Of a stretch of DNA of 35,962 nt, positions 35,632 through 35,962 are shown piece by piece. How positions within the stretch are numbered: position 1 is the first letter of the stretch; the number at the start of each line of letters is the position of its first letter. The DNA is from Eubacteriales bacterium. Lineage in GTDB: Bacteria > Bacillota > Clostridia > Oscillospirales > CAG-272. The stretch lies in the NCBI GenBank assembly GCA_045646755.1, contig JAZRLJ010000137.1, forward strand, positions 1 through 35,962. Reading direction: 5' to 3'. The position numbers were made by a program, and so were the translations under genes. Under the pieces are notes generated by a model. It was given only the letters and a program-made list of their open reading frames with translations. It had not been told where the DNA came from and ran no database searches.

Positions 35632-35962
35632 GTAGCAGCTCCAGAACGAAAAACACCACTCTTACGAGTGGTGTCGATTGAAGCCTAGTGCGTACAAGTT
35701 GCGTCTCGCGACGCAAACCCAGATACCGCCTTTGCCAAGGCAAAGCGGGGGTTACGAACTGGATTTGTCCTTTGGACAAAGCCGAGTTCTGAACGGAGTA
35801 GCAGCTCCAGAACGAAAAACACCACTCTTACGAGTGGGCTCGATTGAAGCCTAGTGCGTACAAGTTGCGTCTCGCGACGCAAACCCAGATACCGCCTTTG
35901 CCAAGGCAAAGCGGGGGTTACGAACTGGATTTGTCCTTTGGACAAAGCCGAGTTCTGAACGG
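35632..35962. repeat. Tandem direct repeat of a 166-bp multi-hairpin unit (2 copies visible, running off the window end)
   Basis: Copy 1 is 35632-35797 and copy 2 is 35798-35962. They are identical except TG (35672-73) versus GC (35838-39). Each unit starts with GTAG and carries four palindromic hairpins. Confidence 0.95.

Noticed and set aside
35594-35945. Short minus-strand ORFs (MSKGQIQFVTP...) within the repeat
   Set aside because: They are by-products of the repeat. The 166-bp period is not a multiple of 3, and they have TTG starts without an RBS.
35632-35962. Terminal repeat as a CRISPR array
   Set aside because: The unit is 166 bp, the copies abut with no unique spacers, and there are no cas genes in the window.

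Overview
Low-GC Firmicute (Clostridia-like) chromosomal window, judged from near-consensus sigma-A promoters, GGAG RBSs and gene content. 1-9.8 kb is an accessory catabolic cluster: four paralogous ~600-aa cytoplasmic proteins predicted as a (beta/alpha)8 barrel plus a GH42-type trimerisation-like domain (unassigned putative glycoside hydrolases), flanking a divergent AraC regulator / Gfo-Idh-MocA oxidoreductase pair. 9.9-19.4 kb is housekeeping: DUF4317, NSS symporter, pfkA, a degenerate mgsA-like gene, DUF1934, holA, a lipoprotein cyclophilin, guaB and asnA, followed by a ~180-nt rod-like structured RNA candidate (6S-like). 19.4-31.9 kb is a minus-strand cluster: a GldA/GldF/2xGldG-type ABC system, a DUF4340-like protein carrying three FKBP-like repeats, two exported trigger-factor-like proteins with an FKBP-in-FKBP nested architecture, and rnhA. 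32-35.6 kb holds glyA, trpS and an M20 peptidase. The window ends in a tandem of a 166-bp, GTAG-initiated, highly palindromic repeat. Best novelty candidates: the ABC + exported foldase module, the four-paralog hydrolase family and the terminal structured repeat. All family calls are by eye from motifs; no searches were run.
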